From assembly GCF_001194135.2 (NCBI RefSeq), contig NC_068982.1, positions 163,791,886 to 163,855,885 on the forward strand: a stretch of DNA of 64,000 nucleotides. Reading direction: 5' to 3'. The translations under genes and the position numbers were made by a program. The notes beneath the pieces were generated by a model. The model ran no database searches. It saw only the letters and a list, made by a program, of their open reading frames with translations, and was not told the DNA's origin. Source of the DNA: Octopus bimaculoides (Eukaryota). This document shows, piece by piece, positions 63,969 through 64,000 of this stretch (positions within the stretch are counted from its first letter, which is position 1; each line of letters opens with the position of its first letter).

Positions 63969-64000
63969 GACAGGCTTCTTTCAGTTTCTGTGTACCAAAT
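63770..64000 (-). mobile_element. SINE family A, cut by the window end
   Basis: TACTTATTCTATCAGTCTGTTTTGCCGAACTGCTAAGTT...(TA)n...GACAGGCTTCTTTCAGTTTCTG. Confidence 0.88.

Noticed and set aside
5547-64000. Minus-strand bias of family A SINEs (about 9 vs 3) and mariners (4 of 4) as a sign of a plus-strand host intron
   Set aside because: Counts are too small to distinguish from chance.

Overview
AT-rich, repeat-dense eukaryotic non-coding DNA (intergenic or a large intron) with eight N-gaps. The repeat families (tRNA-head SINEs with internal CA/TA microsatellites, RTE LINE ends finishing in (GAT)n, abundant TA/TACA/CA microsatellites) resemble those I associate with octopus or other coleoid cephalopod genomes; this is an inference and was not checked. 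I found no supportable host gene, rRNA, intact tRNA gene or CRISPR array. Nearly all long ORFs in the track are microsatellite translations, N-spanning artefacts or decayed transposon fragments. Supported content: four decayed mariner elements, one DD37D (maT) fragment, several MITEs or palindromes, many RTE-clade LINE fragments, two possible Penelope-like relics and about 20 SINEs. The most interesting signals are (1) a 25-nt module repeated 1-5 times in RTE 3' UTRs that fits an H-type pseudoknot, with one non-CpG compensatory base pair; (2) an RT-deleted RTE relic carrying three tandem C2H2 fingers; (3) a PHD-type finger inside the RTE RT region; (4) a 90-bp perfect zero-spacer palindrome; (5) hammerhead-core-like relics; and (6) a cluster of AAAGGTCA nuclear-receptor-type sites. 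Most element boundaries are approximate.
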